DNA of 64,000 bases from Dudresnaya verticillata (Eukaryota). Below, piece after piece: positions 48,228 to 60,660 of the stretch. The translations under genes were made by a program, and so were the position numbers. The stretch covers positions 1,178,001 to 1,242,000 of the forward strand of contig OZ374560.1 of NCBI GenBank assembly GCA_977862235.1. The letters run 5' to 3'. Within the stretch, counting starts at the first letter, position 1. Each line of letters opens with the position of its first letter. The notes beneath the pieces were generated by a model that saw only the letters and a program-made list of their open reading frames with translations, did not search any database and was not told the origin of the DNA.

Positions 48228-49340
48228 TGTAGTAGAATGGCCACGGGGCCAGGTAGAACAAAAACAACCAGAACACCTGTCCTATAGGCAACACTAGCTT
48301 TGATAGCTCGGCGGGAAAAGGGAGTTCGTAGAGACTTGGGGAAAAAGGCACAATGCCTAGGAAAAGGGGGAAAATGGTAGGGAGGCGTTACCCAGCTCGC
48401 GCAGAGCATCCGTCGTGCGGATACAGGCTCGTAGAGCGCCTGAAAGGGGAAAAAGGTACGGTGAGTCCGTGAATTCCATAAAAGGGCAAAGACCCAAACC
48501 CACCGTAGGGTTCTATTCAGGAGGCCCCTACTACTCAGGGGCCCATTACTTACGGCAGAGCCGGAAATGCTCTTACCTCCTATGTGCTATTCTAAGCTAT
48601 TCTAGCTGCAATTATTAATCTAATAGTATTGTTGTCAATTATAAATACGGATTAGGGGTTGTACCGCGTCGGACCGCGTGAGCGGACACAACTAATTACC
48701 CAAAGGCAATTCGCCATCATATTTGGTGCTAGCACGGACGCCACCGGGTCGCATCCTCGTTACAGCGCACGGCGCTTGTGCACGCCTTACAGCTTGATGC
48801 AAGTCCACGTCTTACACCTTAATGCGCATATATGACTTACAGTCCGCCAGCACTTCTGCGGCGGCGGCTCATTCTTCGAAATGGACCCCTCATTAAGGCT
48901 GAGAGAGCCGCGAAGGCAGAAAGGCTGTTTCCATTGGCCCCGTGTTGGGCAAGGTTGAACTCCCAGTGGGACATTGGGCCAACGGCGCACTTGTAACCGC
49001 CACCACAGGCTGCCGTTCTCAATAGTGACAAATAGCTTGTTTCGCAGTCCCAATCTCGACGGCGCCCGTTTCATTATTCGGGCGAACGTTATGCGCTTTG
49101 GCGCGGAAAGCCCCAAGCGGCTGCATACTTCGGCACCGTCAAAGCGTATTCTGCTACAGTTCGCAGTGCGCACCCACACTTCGCCTTATCGTCAGCCGAT
49201 CTTCCGCGCCTTTCGCCCGGCAACGCCATCTAGGTTTCTCTTCCCTCAATCGTGGCTACAGTTTCCACCTCACCACCCAACCCACCGGAAATCGGGACTC
49301 GTTGTACCGTGCCTTCACCCGCGCATCTCTTCTTACGGTG
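48228..49340 (-). mobile_element. 3' LTR (48228-~48877) and 3' internal region of a family-A element, probably A2
   Basis: The LTR is homologous to the A1 LTRs and the 20352 solo LTR. 48878-49330 is an inverted homolog of 35130-35587. Confidence 0.85.
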
Positions 49341-49344
49341 TACG

Positions 49345-50180
49345 TGTGGTATAGACGCTATCCGCGAAACGACTCCGTGGTCTACGTGAAAATTATCGAG
49401 AAACACGAATTTCGAAGTGACTCCGTGAATGCGCATGCCACGATGACAAACGTATGACAGTGCGCATACTGTGGGCGCGCCACGATGGCATTCGCATTAC
49501 AGCACGCACGTGATACGAAATCGCTCTGGACAAATCCCGAGTTGACTTCGTGATCGCACGCGCCACGATGGCATTCGCATTACAGTGCGCACCCGATACG
49601 AAATCGCTGACACCTTCGTGATCTTCCCGTTGTTTCCTGCGCGTAACGGCACCGCGGCCCACGACGCGCGTGCACCTCCGTATGCATCGCTAGCGCACTT
49701 TGTAGCCGCCACCATACGTGAGACGACCGTTCGTTGGCACCGAGGCCGTTACGAATCATTCGAGTACGAACCGTCTCCCGCGTTGACGTGTATTCGTGCT
49801 CACGTAGTATTACTTAGCCAGTCGTCTGGCACAACCTCCGAGGGCTTCCGGTAAGCGACTAGCGCCCGGACCTCGGATTCTTCGCTAAGCGCCTGTTTCT
49901 TCGAGTTCGGTGTCTTCGTCTTCGTGACCGCGGATACGGTCGAGCCTCGCTTTCGATAGCCCCGCGCACCCGGAGTCATCCCCGGTGATCGATCGCTCGA
50001 CTTCTCTCTCCCGCACACGAATACGTTGACACCGTGGTCCTTCGTGTTGGTCGCTCCGCTCTACCACGCTACCACCCCTTTTCCTTTCTCCGTTAGGCTA
50101 CGAGGCCACTCGTTAGGCTCCGAGGCCATTCCTTACAGTGCGAGACTTCCCCGCGTCACCGTGGACTTCGTTACACCACA
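49345..50180 (+). repeat. 5' LTR of B (836 bp, internal ~84-bp duplication)
   Basis: Inverted termini and adjacent PBS; CGCGCCACGATGGCATTCGCATTACAG occurs twice (~49476 and ~49559). Confidence 0.85.
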
Positions 50181-50181
50181 C

Positions 50182-50199
50182 TGGTCTCCCGACCTAGAA
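50182..50199 (+). promoter_or_regulatory. Primer-binding site of B
   Basis: TGGTCTCCCGACCTAGAA, 1 nt after the LTR. Confidence 0.9.
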
Positions 50200-50251
50200 C
50201 GTGGTCCCGAAGTTTCGCATTTATTCGTAATTCGTTTCTATCCGAGACACG

Positions 50252-52707
50252 ATGTCTCACGCTCCGAGTCGTCCCGATTCGCCGGTACCGAAACCCGATG
50301 ACGTACCGATTCCGGAGCTCCCGTTGTTCGACTCGAACGCGAGTGACCGAGAACCGTTTTCTCGCACTCGCGCTTCACGAATAACGGTACCCGATCTTCG
50401 CACAGACTCGCGTTCGCAGGCTCGCGGTAGCCAGTCCGACCTTTCGTATACGTACACTCCGTTGGAAATCGTTCCCTCGGATACCGTCGATCGACTCTTC
50501 TCGATGAAGGAAGTCTCTGGTGCAGAATTACGTTTACTCTTCGAAGAGGTCATCGACGTGCTTTCCACTGCGTACCGTATCACGCAGCTCTCAATTCGTA
50601 ATACGCATAATCGAGTTCACGCAGAGTTCGACAATTTCCGCGCTGGCAAGGTCCGTAGGATCGAAGACTCACTCGAGAGTCTCCGGGGTCTCGTCTCGGG
50701 AGTCAGCAACCGGTTTCTCGTGCTCGAGCGCAACGTATCCGCCCCCGTGGGCAAGGCGAGTCACTCGCTTCCCGTTCGCAGCTCGCACGCATTCTCGGAG
50801 GAACAGTTGAACGCTATTCGTGACATCGTGTCCGCAGCGTTACCGAAGGAAAAGTCTCGAAGTCGCGAAGATCGTCCCGAAGCCCGTCCTGACCCCCGCA
50901 ATTCGCCGCTAGTTCAACCCGTGCAAGGCCCGGGTGCCCAATCTACGTTATCGAAGAACACGTATCCGAATCAGTCCCCGCACCTTTTATCGCATCAGGC
51001 AACCGATGCCTCCGACAACCCACGTATCAAACCCGCAGTATTCCGAGATTCACTTCAACCACCGATGTCCCCCGGAGGACCCGTAATCGAAAATCCGTTA
51101 TCGCTCGCGGGACCCGTGTCATCGTTCTGGCACTGGGGACCGCTCGAGCCGGGCGTCGAACCGATACCGACGCTCATCCCCGAATTCGCGCGGGCCGTAA
51201 GCTATCGATCGTATCGACTCACTAATTCGTCACCTCGGGATAACCAACACGAATTATTCCGAGGTAACACGTCGAAAACCGCTTCGCGCATGCTTTCGAT
51301 GATGCCGAGACTCGATAAGTTTACGGGACGCGATCCGATTAAGGTCCTCGCCTTTCTTCGTGACATTCGACAAGCGCTGAACGGAGTCGGTCTCACCGAA
51401 GGAGCAGCAGTTCGAACGATTTCGTGGTTCCTCGACAAGACCGCGCTCAAGGTGTATCAACACTATGCCTTCGGAGGCGTTCGTACTGGCAACCCGGTTT
51501 TCTGGTCCGCTATCGTGAACGTATTGCTCCAACGATTTCTCACGGAAGATGTAATCGCTGACGCACACGATCGCGTGATTATCGCGAAACAGAAGTCCGA
51601 AGAAACCGAGATGGAATTCGCGACTCGTCTACAAGGCTACGCGGATGTCTGCTCAGGTGTCTACGATGACTCTTCGTTAACGCACCAATTTATTCGTGGA
51701 TTACTACCTACTATGTACCCTATCGTGGCCGACCAGGTACGACGCCTACCGCTATCCGAGCAAAAGAATTTTATGAGCGTGCAACGAATCGCGCAAGCCG
51801 AAGGTACGACATTCCGAGCTCGCGAACTACGTGACACCGCGGCCCAACAGTCGCGTGATTCGAAGAACCGAGCGTCCGCTAAGTACCCGAAGAGTCGCCA
51901 AGCGCCCGGACGCACGATGCTTATCGAAGCTTGCGACACACCAGGGAGTGAATACGAGTACCCGATGAACGAAGATCCGCAAATGGCCGTGATGATGATT
52001 CGTTCAGGAACCGGGTCCACATCCGCTACACCGGGTCCTTCGACAACGGTCTCCGTGGACGATACGTTAGATCTCACGAGTCGCATCGAGCGTTTCGTAC
52101 CCGCACGTGTCCCCCCGATGACCCCGGAGCAAATCGAGATGGCGCGTTCGATGATCCCGAAGAACCAGGATGCGTGGCCGTGTTGGTTCTGTCGCGAAAT
52201 CGGTCACCTGATGTATTCGTGTCCGTATCTCACGAAGGAGCAACAACTCTACTGCGCGTATCAGAACTATCTCTATCAACTCGAACGAGACCGTATACGC
52301 GTAATAACTTCGTGAATCGCGGTGCCGCAAGAGGGAGTTCGTTCGCGTCCGTTGACAATCGAGGTCACCGTGGACAAGACGCCCGAGGGTCGCGTGACAA
52401 TCGCGTAAACCGAGATCTTCGTCAAGGCGATACGCGCTACCCGAGGGACCGAGCCCAGCGTCAAGTCAGCTTTGAGCGTCGAGGGCCGCCGACCGTCCTC
52501 CGCAATCCGAGACACGCGCAGGCCCCGGGCCGTCAACCGGTTCTCGCAGTCCGTGAAAACGTTGACGCGATTGAGCCGAGTCACCCGAATCTGCCCTCGG
52601 AGGCTTACGAAGACTCCGCGAATAACGGAAGAGGTAATCGATCAAGCACCCCTTTTGACGCGGACGCTCGTAATTCGGATTCTAGTTCGAGTTCGGAAAA
52701 CGAGTAA
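50252..52707 (+). pseudogene. gag: gag of B (one frameshift near 52290)
   Basis: Capsid-like KFTGRDPIKVLAFL...FIRGL; knuckle CWFCREIGHLMYSC; tail in ORF 52174..52707. Confidence 0.88.
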
Positions 52708-55700
52708 AGGCGAAGACGCCCGTTGTATCACGTACTTCGTCTGAATCCGTTCCCCGAGACACTCCGCATATTCCGATTCCGCGAGCCGCTGCAATGCGAA
52801 GGAAGCGCGCTGCACGACGACGAGACCGAAAGCGATGTCGCGTCCTCGCGAAAGCCGCTTCATGCGAAAACAATTCGAAGAAGATACCGATCTCGAAGAT
52901 CGAACCCGAAGTTACCACCGAGGGATACGTTTGCTTGATGACTTCGGAGATCTTCCTCGTGACCGGATCCATTGGCCTCGATGCCTCCGTAATGACGCCG
53001 CATACGATTGCAGTCGATACGCGTTCCGGTTACAACCTAATATCCCGGGCTGCGTTACCCACCGGTTGGGAAGCGAACGCGTCCACGATGGAATCAGCTC
53101 CGAGGCTCGCGTCCGCTGATCGCACCCCGTTGCGACTCGATGGTATCGTTTACCTGACAGTCCGCCTTGGGAACGTTCGATACCGCGTACCCTTCGTGGT
53201 TGCGGAGAAACTCGCAGTCGACGTTCTCCTTGAACTTCGTGGATGGACGCGCATTTACGAAGCATTGAGCTCAGCCCACGGAGGCTCATCACGAAGAGTG
53301 GAAGCACGATTCCGATTATCAACCGCATTGCTGGATCGGCTCCGCCCGCTACTAATTCGAAAAATCCGAAGCAGAGATTCGAGAAAACGCTATCGAAGCG
53401 ACATCAACGCAAGCTCCACGATTGGGACCGAGACACCCGTACCATTCGTTTGAACCGCCGCGTCAACATACCGAGTTATTCGCAGAAGCTAGTCACCGTG
53501 ACCTCGGAAGCACTCGGACTAATTCATATCGAACCGAAATCTTCGTTACGACACCAACGCGGAGAACGGTTAACGAACGGGATACACGAATTCAGTCCGA
53601 ATCGCGAGTTTTCGGTGTTGATGGCGAACTTCACGGATAAGCCTCGAGCTCTACCGAAGGGAACCGTCATCGGATACGCAGCTCGAAACCCGCTCGCGAT
53701 TTTGACACCCGATCGCGAAGTCGCGGATTCGCTTCCCAAGGTGCTCAACATCTCTACGCTACGTGAGCAAGACGACTCGAAGTCACCCGAAGAATCCGTA
53801 TCCACTAAGGAAAAACCGCTCACGAAGGGCGCCGCGACAGCAGCAGCCGAAGCCAATTCGAGTTCCCGCGATTGGGAAGAACGCGTCGACCTTTCGAACA
53901 TACCCGATGAAACTATGTGAAATGAGGTCCTCGAGATGCTACGTAAGTACGAATCGATGTGGAACGGAGACCTCGGAATGATCGCAGCCACGGAGCATCG
54001 GATCGATCTACAACCCGTGACTCGCCCTATTCGTTCGATGCCCTACCGTCAAGGGCCCGCAATACGTGAAATCGTCCGTAACGAAATCGACAGTATGCTC
54101 GAAGCCGGAGTAATCGAACCAGCCACCTCGGAGTGGGCGTCCCCCGTAGTCCTCGCACCGAAGAAAGACGGAACACTTCGTTTTTTGCGTAGATTACCGA
54201 AGAGTCAATACGAAGACACTATCCGACGCGTACCCTCTTCCCCGGATGGAAGCTTGTATCGATTCACTCGGAGACGCTTCGATTTTCTCGACACTCGATT
54301 GTAACAGCGGGTACTGGCAGATCCCGGTTGCCCCGGAAGACCGCGACAAGACTACGTTTACTTCGTTTCTCGGAACTTATCGTTATCTTCGAATGCCCTT
54401 CGGTTTGAAAAACGCGCCCGCTACGTTTCAACGTGCACTCGATATCATTCTATCCGGAGTCCGTTGGCAGTGCTGTCTCGTTTACCTCGATGACGTGATC
54501 GTTTTCTCCGCGAATCTTCGTGAACACATTGCGCATCTCGATCAAGTCCTCACTCTACTTCGTAACTCCGGGGTTTCGCTCAAGGTGAAGAAGTGCTTCC
54601 TTTTCCGAAAGCGAGTCGACTATCTCGGACACGTAATTTCCCCGGGGAAGCTGAGTATGGCCGAGAAAAGCTCCGAAGCATTCCGATACGCGAAGTTCCC
54701 GAAGACACTCACGCAATTCCGTTCGTTCCTCGGCGCGTGTAACGTATACCGAAGATTCGTGAAAGACTTCGCGAAAATTGCGCGACCGTTGATGAACATG
54801 ACGCGAAAGGACGCGGATCCCGACTACGAGAATCCCACGGAGGACCAGGTTACCGCATTCGAAACGCTCAAACGGAAGCTCGTGTCACCGCCGATACTCC
54901 GGTGACCGCAACTCGGGAAACGCTACATCATCGATACGGACGCGTCTGCGTATCAACTCGGGTGCGCGTTGCTCCAGGAGCAAGATAACAAAGAGTTCCA
55001 ACCGGTGGGCTACTGGTCTTATTCGTTAAACGATGCCGAGAAGAACTACTCCGCAACCGAGTGCGAATACTACGCAGTCGTATGGGCGGTTACTTCGTTA
55101 CGTCCGTATATCGAAGGGACCCGGTTCACCGTGCGTACGGACCACGACGAGCTCCGCTGGCTTCTTTCTCTCACCGAGTCGTCCGGGCGACTCAGGCGAT
55201 GGAGGCTCCGCTTAGCTGAATTCGACTTCGAAATCGTGTATCGCCCCAGTCGCGTCCACCAGATTTCCGATGCCCTCTCGCGATTGCTACTTCCGCATCG
55301 CAAACAACCCGCAATCGACGACGAAGTGCCTACGATTGACTCGGATCAAAACACCGCAAAGCACGAAGCACGCTTCCGCAACGACGTCGCGAAAACTATC
55401 GAAAACGCACGAGACCCGGTCCTCATCACTACGCGATCTCGCAAACGTCAATCGAGCGTTACCGCGATTCGCCACGACTCCACGAGGACGACCACGCCCG
55501 TAAAATGGGTAATTCGAGCCGGTACTACGCAAAGACCCACGGAGGTCCCGAAAAATCACGCAGCTCACCATCCGCAAAGCCACGACGGCTGCGCCCACGC
55601 ACACGACGAAGCACTACGTGATGAATACGCAGGACAAAACGAGGTCTGCGATGACTGCGATTTATGGGACGATATCGGTGACGATGATCCGTTTGACCTT

Positions 55701-57166
55701 TATCGAATCGATCCTAACGAAGAACCGCGTGACCTAACCGATGTCAAACCCGTAGACCTACCCGCGCCGAGTATCGTATCCGAGATCCTCTAGGGACAAC
55801 GTATTGATTCGTTCTGCCAAACGGAGCATAACAATCGAAAACAAAGGATCGTCTCTTTCGCGAAGATGGAGACGGTCTCCTGCGACGAACGCATCCGACA
55901 ATTCCGAAGTTGACGCAAATCGTATTGCCCGAAACGCTCCGACCCCGGTTACTTACGCTCGCGCACCATTCGTTACTCGCTGGCCACCCGGGGCAGAATC
56001 GCATATTCTGCTCACTTCGTGAAACGTATTACTGGCCTTACATGGCTGCCGATATCGCATCTACGGTCCGAAGTTGCAAGCACTGCGCACGAAATCGGAT
56101 TCGCTTACGAAGTAACCTTCATCGCTTGAAGCTCTTCCCAGCTACGCGCCCACTCGAATCGGTCGCGATTGACATCTCAGGCCCGTTGCCACGTACGAAA
56201 TCCGGACGCAATTTCATCCTCGTGATTACGGATCGATTCACGAAGTTACCCAGGTGGCCACACTACGAGTAATAACCGCGTATCACGTGGCCGTTGCCTT
56301 TTGCCAAGTTTGCATATTCAAGTATGGACCGTCCGCATCGGTGCTATCGGATAACGGGAAACAGATTACTTCGAAGTTCTTTCAGGGCGTCTGTCGCCTA
56401 CTCGGGTTATCGAACGTGTTCACCTCCGCATATCATCCGCAAACGAATGGTCAAACCGAACGATATAACAGGACTATCCTCGCGATGCTTCTTAACTACG
56501 TGAACGACCACCAAAATGATTGGGACCGCTACGTCTCCGCGTTAACGTATTCGTACAATTGCCACGTTCATCGGTCTACGAAGACAACTCCGTTCAATCT
56601 CGTTTTATCGCGACCGCCGCCCAAATTCACCGTCAAGCATCGCTCCCGTAAGAGCCGACCAAAACCCACGGAGGACATTCGAAACGATTTCATTAAGCGC
56701 CTCGATGTCGCAATCATCTCCGCAAGAACTTCGTTACAACGTGTGCAAAAATGATACAAGCGCGACTTCGACAAACGCATCCGACGCACGAAGAGTCGCA
56801 TCAAACCTGGAGAATACGTGTTCCTCGATACCCACGATGGGAAAACGAAACTTCCGAAGTTGAAATCCCCCGCGGAGGGGCCGTACAAAGTGCTCTTCCA
56901 CGATACGCGTACCCTCGTAATCGATCGCAAAGGCCTCGTTGAACGCGTCTCCGCGGACCGCTGCATCTACGCACCACCACCTACTAATTCGCGACCGTCG
57001 ATTACGCGACCAAAAGGTCAAAGAAGGCCCTGAGTACGTGGAAGATCGTATCCTCGATCACTCGACCGACGAGGACGGGAAATTCGTGTTTCGTATGAAG
57101 TGGGACGGCTACGCGACGCCTACGTGGGATCCTCGTACGCACGTTCCCGAAGACCTCGTTTCGCGC
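52695..57166 (+). pseudogene. pol: pol of B (PR, dUTPase-like, RT, RH, INT, chromodomain), disrupted
   Basis: AVDTRSG, WASPVVL, YLDD, DTDAS, HPGQ...CKHC, SDNG, HPQTNGQTER and GPY motifs spread over several frames. Confidence 0.93.
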
Positions 57167-57659
57167 TTGGTTCCAGGTGTGAAAGGTTTAGGTCTTCGAC
57201 CGTCATGTTGGTGACCGAGGCCGTAATGCCCGGTTTTGGATCCGTATCCGGAGAAAAGGCAGCAGCAAGCCCTGCCCCCCCTCCTATATCTAGCGACGGC
57301 TCGTCGGGTTCGTGAGGAGCGGATGGGGCGTCCTCGAAGGACAGAGCGTAAACTGGGGTTGTGGACGGAGCCGGAATGGCGTGGCCAATCTTCTGGCGTT
57401 TGGCCAGGCGCTGCGGCCCTCGAGAGAAAGTGGCGACCTTGACCCGGAACGGCCGGTTAGGTTGCACGTCGATGATACCATTTGTGGCGACGAGACCCTG
57501 GTGATCGTAGAGCCACTGGAATGAATCCATGAAGTGCATACCTCGCGCCGGGCACGTGACCGTGACCCATGCTTCTGATGCTGCGGGTATAACAACCGAA
57601 TGTGCCACACGGAGGTTTCGCGGTTCGAGAGGAGCTGTGGGGACTTCTTGTGGTTCCTC
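57167..57659 (-). mobile_element. Isolated PR-RT linker fragment from an A-related Gypsy
   Basis: LRVAHSVVIPAASEAWV...TNGIIDVQPNRPFRVKVATFS...GGAGLAAA...VEDLNLSHL, homologous to A1 27420-27930. Confidence 0.8.
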
Positions 57660-59276
57660 GACCATGCGGATCTGGAAGTGTCCTATTCCATACCGTTGGG
57701 CACGCCAACCATCATAGCCTACCTGGCCTTAGAGATTATGGATTGTCATGCCGACGAGAACCTCTTATGGTCGATATGTCGACACAGTGGGTAGTCATGG
57801 TGACTCAGGTGTTCGTCTACGAAGCCCGACGGGGCTTGCTGTACTTCATCAGCACCCGGCTTCGTGGAGCCACTCGGGCCATAGGCACTGCCGCCTTCTT
57901 TGACAACTCGGGGATGCCGAGGATCTGGACCAGCTGTTGGCGTTCTGTGAGCGTATCCGCTGGAGTGGTATCACAAAGCGCAATAGGCACTTGCCTGAGA
58001 ACACCGGCCACGTGACCCCGGTCTACGACCGCGGGGATTGGGTCGCGTTCGACCCTGTCCAGTGGCATCCAGTCCTTCCCGACTACTTGATGGCGCCGAT
58101 AGCCGAGGAGGGTGAGTCCATTATTCTCGACGAGGGTGAGCGCCGCACGGGCTACACTAAGGGATGGGTCAGCATCCGTTGGCGAGGTGAAGGGCCTAAA
58201 GACCCTGATGAGGTGCCTCCCTTTGACGATACAGTCGATGGGGAGCCTCAGAGGCCGTATGCCCCAGTGTTTCCCCATCATCATCGGGCTGACGCCGAGA
58301 TTAGGGATCTGTTTGGTCGGAGGGGCTTGGGCATCCGTTTGGCTGCCCACTGGGGCATATATTCCCTCAACCTTCACAGTCTTGCTGACTGGGTGGAGGA
58401 CTTCTTAGCCGAATATGAGGCTCATTGGATTGGGACCCCTAGTCCCATTAATCGTCTTCTGGCTCACATGGAGAAGTTACCCCCATTGGGCGGCTCAAAA
58501 GAGGAGCCTGGTGTGCAGATCAAGAGAGAGCCTGGCTCTAAGGCTCGCCGCGGTATCGGCTACGGTAAGCCGGGTTCTTTCGCCGAAGGCTCGTCTGGAG
58601 CCATCCTGGCGCCTGACGCTCGTGAAACCACTGCGACTGACGCGTCTAAGATTCCGCGCGAAGAGCCGTCGGCTGGGGTCTCTAACGAGGGTGTAACTGC
58701 CGGGTCGCCGGCTGCGGCAACTATATCATCCAAGACCGGCGGTCCGGCTCAACCATCGGCTTCTCGAATTGGCGTCCTGCTGCGCTCCGTGCTTCCGCCG
58801 TGCCTACTTCTAGCGGGGCGCCATACGGGCCGTTGCAGCCGAATCCCCCTGCTACCCGCGAGGCCGTGGAGGCTTCGTCAGGGCTAAGCCCTACAGTATC
58901 GCCGCCGTCTATGCCGGGTCAGGCTGAGCTGCCTTCAGGTGGAGCCAAGGAGGTTAGCTTGGCGCCAACGAGCGATGAGCCGAAGGCTAATGACGACTTG
59001 ATCGTCAAGACGGAATTGGTCCTCAAGGAGGAGGAGGAGTTCGAGCCTAATGGGGGCGGTGGTGTTGAATCTGAGATGGCGCCGATGGAAGTTGAGTTTC
59101 CAGCCAACGAGGCTTGTGGTGCAACAATGGAAGGTACCCGCCGAGGTCGCGGTCCGCGTCGTGGCCAAGGTCGGCGAATTGTTTGCGAAGTTCGTCGCAT
59201 CGTGACGGCACGAGCTCCCGCGGCTCCGAATCCGCCTCTTGACGGCGACGAAGTCATTGACCTTCTCTCAGATTAG
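57660..59276 (+). pseudogene. Second copy of the antisense accessory ORF (5'-truncated, frameshifted)
   Basis: DHADLEVSYS... through ...EVIDLLSD*; aligns to A1 antisense protein from about residue 220 to the end. Confidence 0.9.
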
Positions 59277-60303
59277 CTGAGCCAAGTCCTTAATGGCTTG
59301 AGGCATCGAGCCTAATATGGGTGAGGAGCCTATCCCAGCGGCTTAACCGCTTATCAATAAACCTCGTCTTGTATGCTTAACCCAACGCCTTGGTAGGCTT
59401 CGAACCTTCACGTCCTGTGCCACTTCCCTTACTAGGGAGACAGTGGTGCCCTTGCCTGTTCGGGCACCGTGGGACAGTCTATTATTTGTTGACCAATACG
59501 CCTCCACAGCGTCTGTCGCGGCTTGAGAGCGTGCCAGCAATGTAAGCAGTTGCTCTAAAACATTTAGAGCGACGCACTGTAGGTTATTTTGGCGCGAAAG
59601 CCTTTATGGCTGCCAATTAGCCACCACTCCGTCACCTTGCTGTAGCCCTTCCGTGGGTTTTGGTCTCTCGTTGCAAACCCAATTTTGGTCCCAGCGCCAT
59701 GGGCTTTACCCATCGCCACTACCACGAGGTAGAGGTCAGCGGCATCGGCGTCAAACCCGCGCGGCCTCCAGAAGTCTCAGCATCAATACACTTCGCGCTT
59801 ACTCCTCCCATATCAATGGGGTCTCACGTGATTTCCCACGGTTGTCCCAACAGGGGTGGGAGTCGTGGTATTAAGACTCATGAGTCTGGGCTTGGCGTCT
59901 TTTTGCCTTGCGCCCTCACTGGGTTCGACCCCATCGTGTCTCTTCTTAGGTGTCAGTTAGTGTAACTTCCGGCCCATCGTGTCCCGTCCGTGTTTGTAGC
60001 GTTAGTGTCGCTCCTGGGCATTTCGGCCGCCAACAAGCGTCGTAACGCTTATGAGTTATGGTCATAATAAATTATAAGTTAGTCATCGAGGCTGAAAACC
60101 ACCCGCATAGAGGGGAGAGAGGCCTCCATAGCTTGTGCCTTTCAGGAGTGATTCCTTGAGGTAGCCAGGTTTTGGGCAACTTTACCTATCAAGGTATTAA
60201 CCTTACGAAAGCGTTAGTTGCTCCTCCGACGAAGGATCGACTCCTAAATCCAGAGCGTGCGCTCGCCTTAGCAACATCATCTTACAGAGTTCATCTCTGG
60301 ATT

Positions 60304-60391
60304 ACATCTATCCATTTCCATACATCTATCCAGGATCCAATCCTTCTAACATCTATCCAGGTTATACATCTATCCTTTTCCACATCTATCC
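60304..60391 (-). repeat. GGATAGATGT motif array of A2
   Basis: ACATCTATCC at 60304, 60322, 60349, 60366 and 60382. Confidence 0.85.
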
Positions 60392-60660
60392 AGAGTCTTG
60401 ACTCTTCTGTAGCCGTCTATGTTAGCTCATCTTTTGAGAGGCTAACCAATGCTTCTTTGCGCCCGGTCAGGGGCGAATCCCATACATAGCCCATAGGCTG
60501 ACTTCCTATTTGCGCGAGGGTGTCGACTTCGGAACCCAGAACCAAGGTTCTTCCCCAACTCATATGAGGTTAACCTAACAGTCGGGAGATCCGGCTCCAT
60601 ACAGCCTAACTGCTGTTTGGTTGGGCGCGTCCGATTAAGACCACTTGTAGGCCCGGTGCC

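Larger units (their letters stand above)
49345..57166 (+). mobile_element. Ty3/Gypsy chromovirus-like element B (5' LTR, PBS, gag, pol; 3' LTR missing)
   Basis: LTR TGTGGT...ACCACA at 49345-50180, PBS at 50182, gag and multiply frameshifted pol ending in the chromodomain EYVEDRILDH...KWDGY..PTWDP. Confidence 0.92.

Noticed and set aside
59343..59540. Small conserved ORF in the family-A spacer
   Set aside because: The A1 counterpart has an in-frame stop and the substitutions show no codon-position bias.
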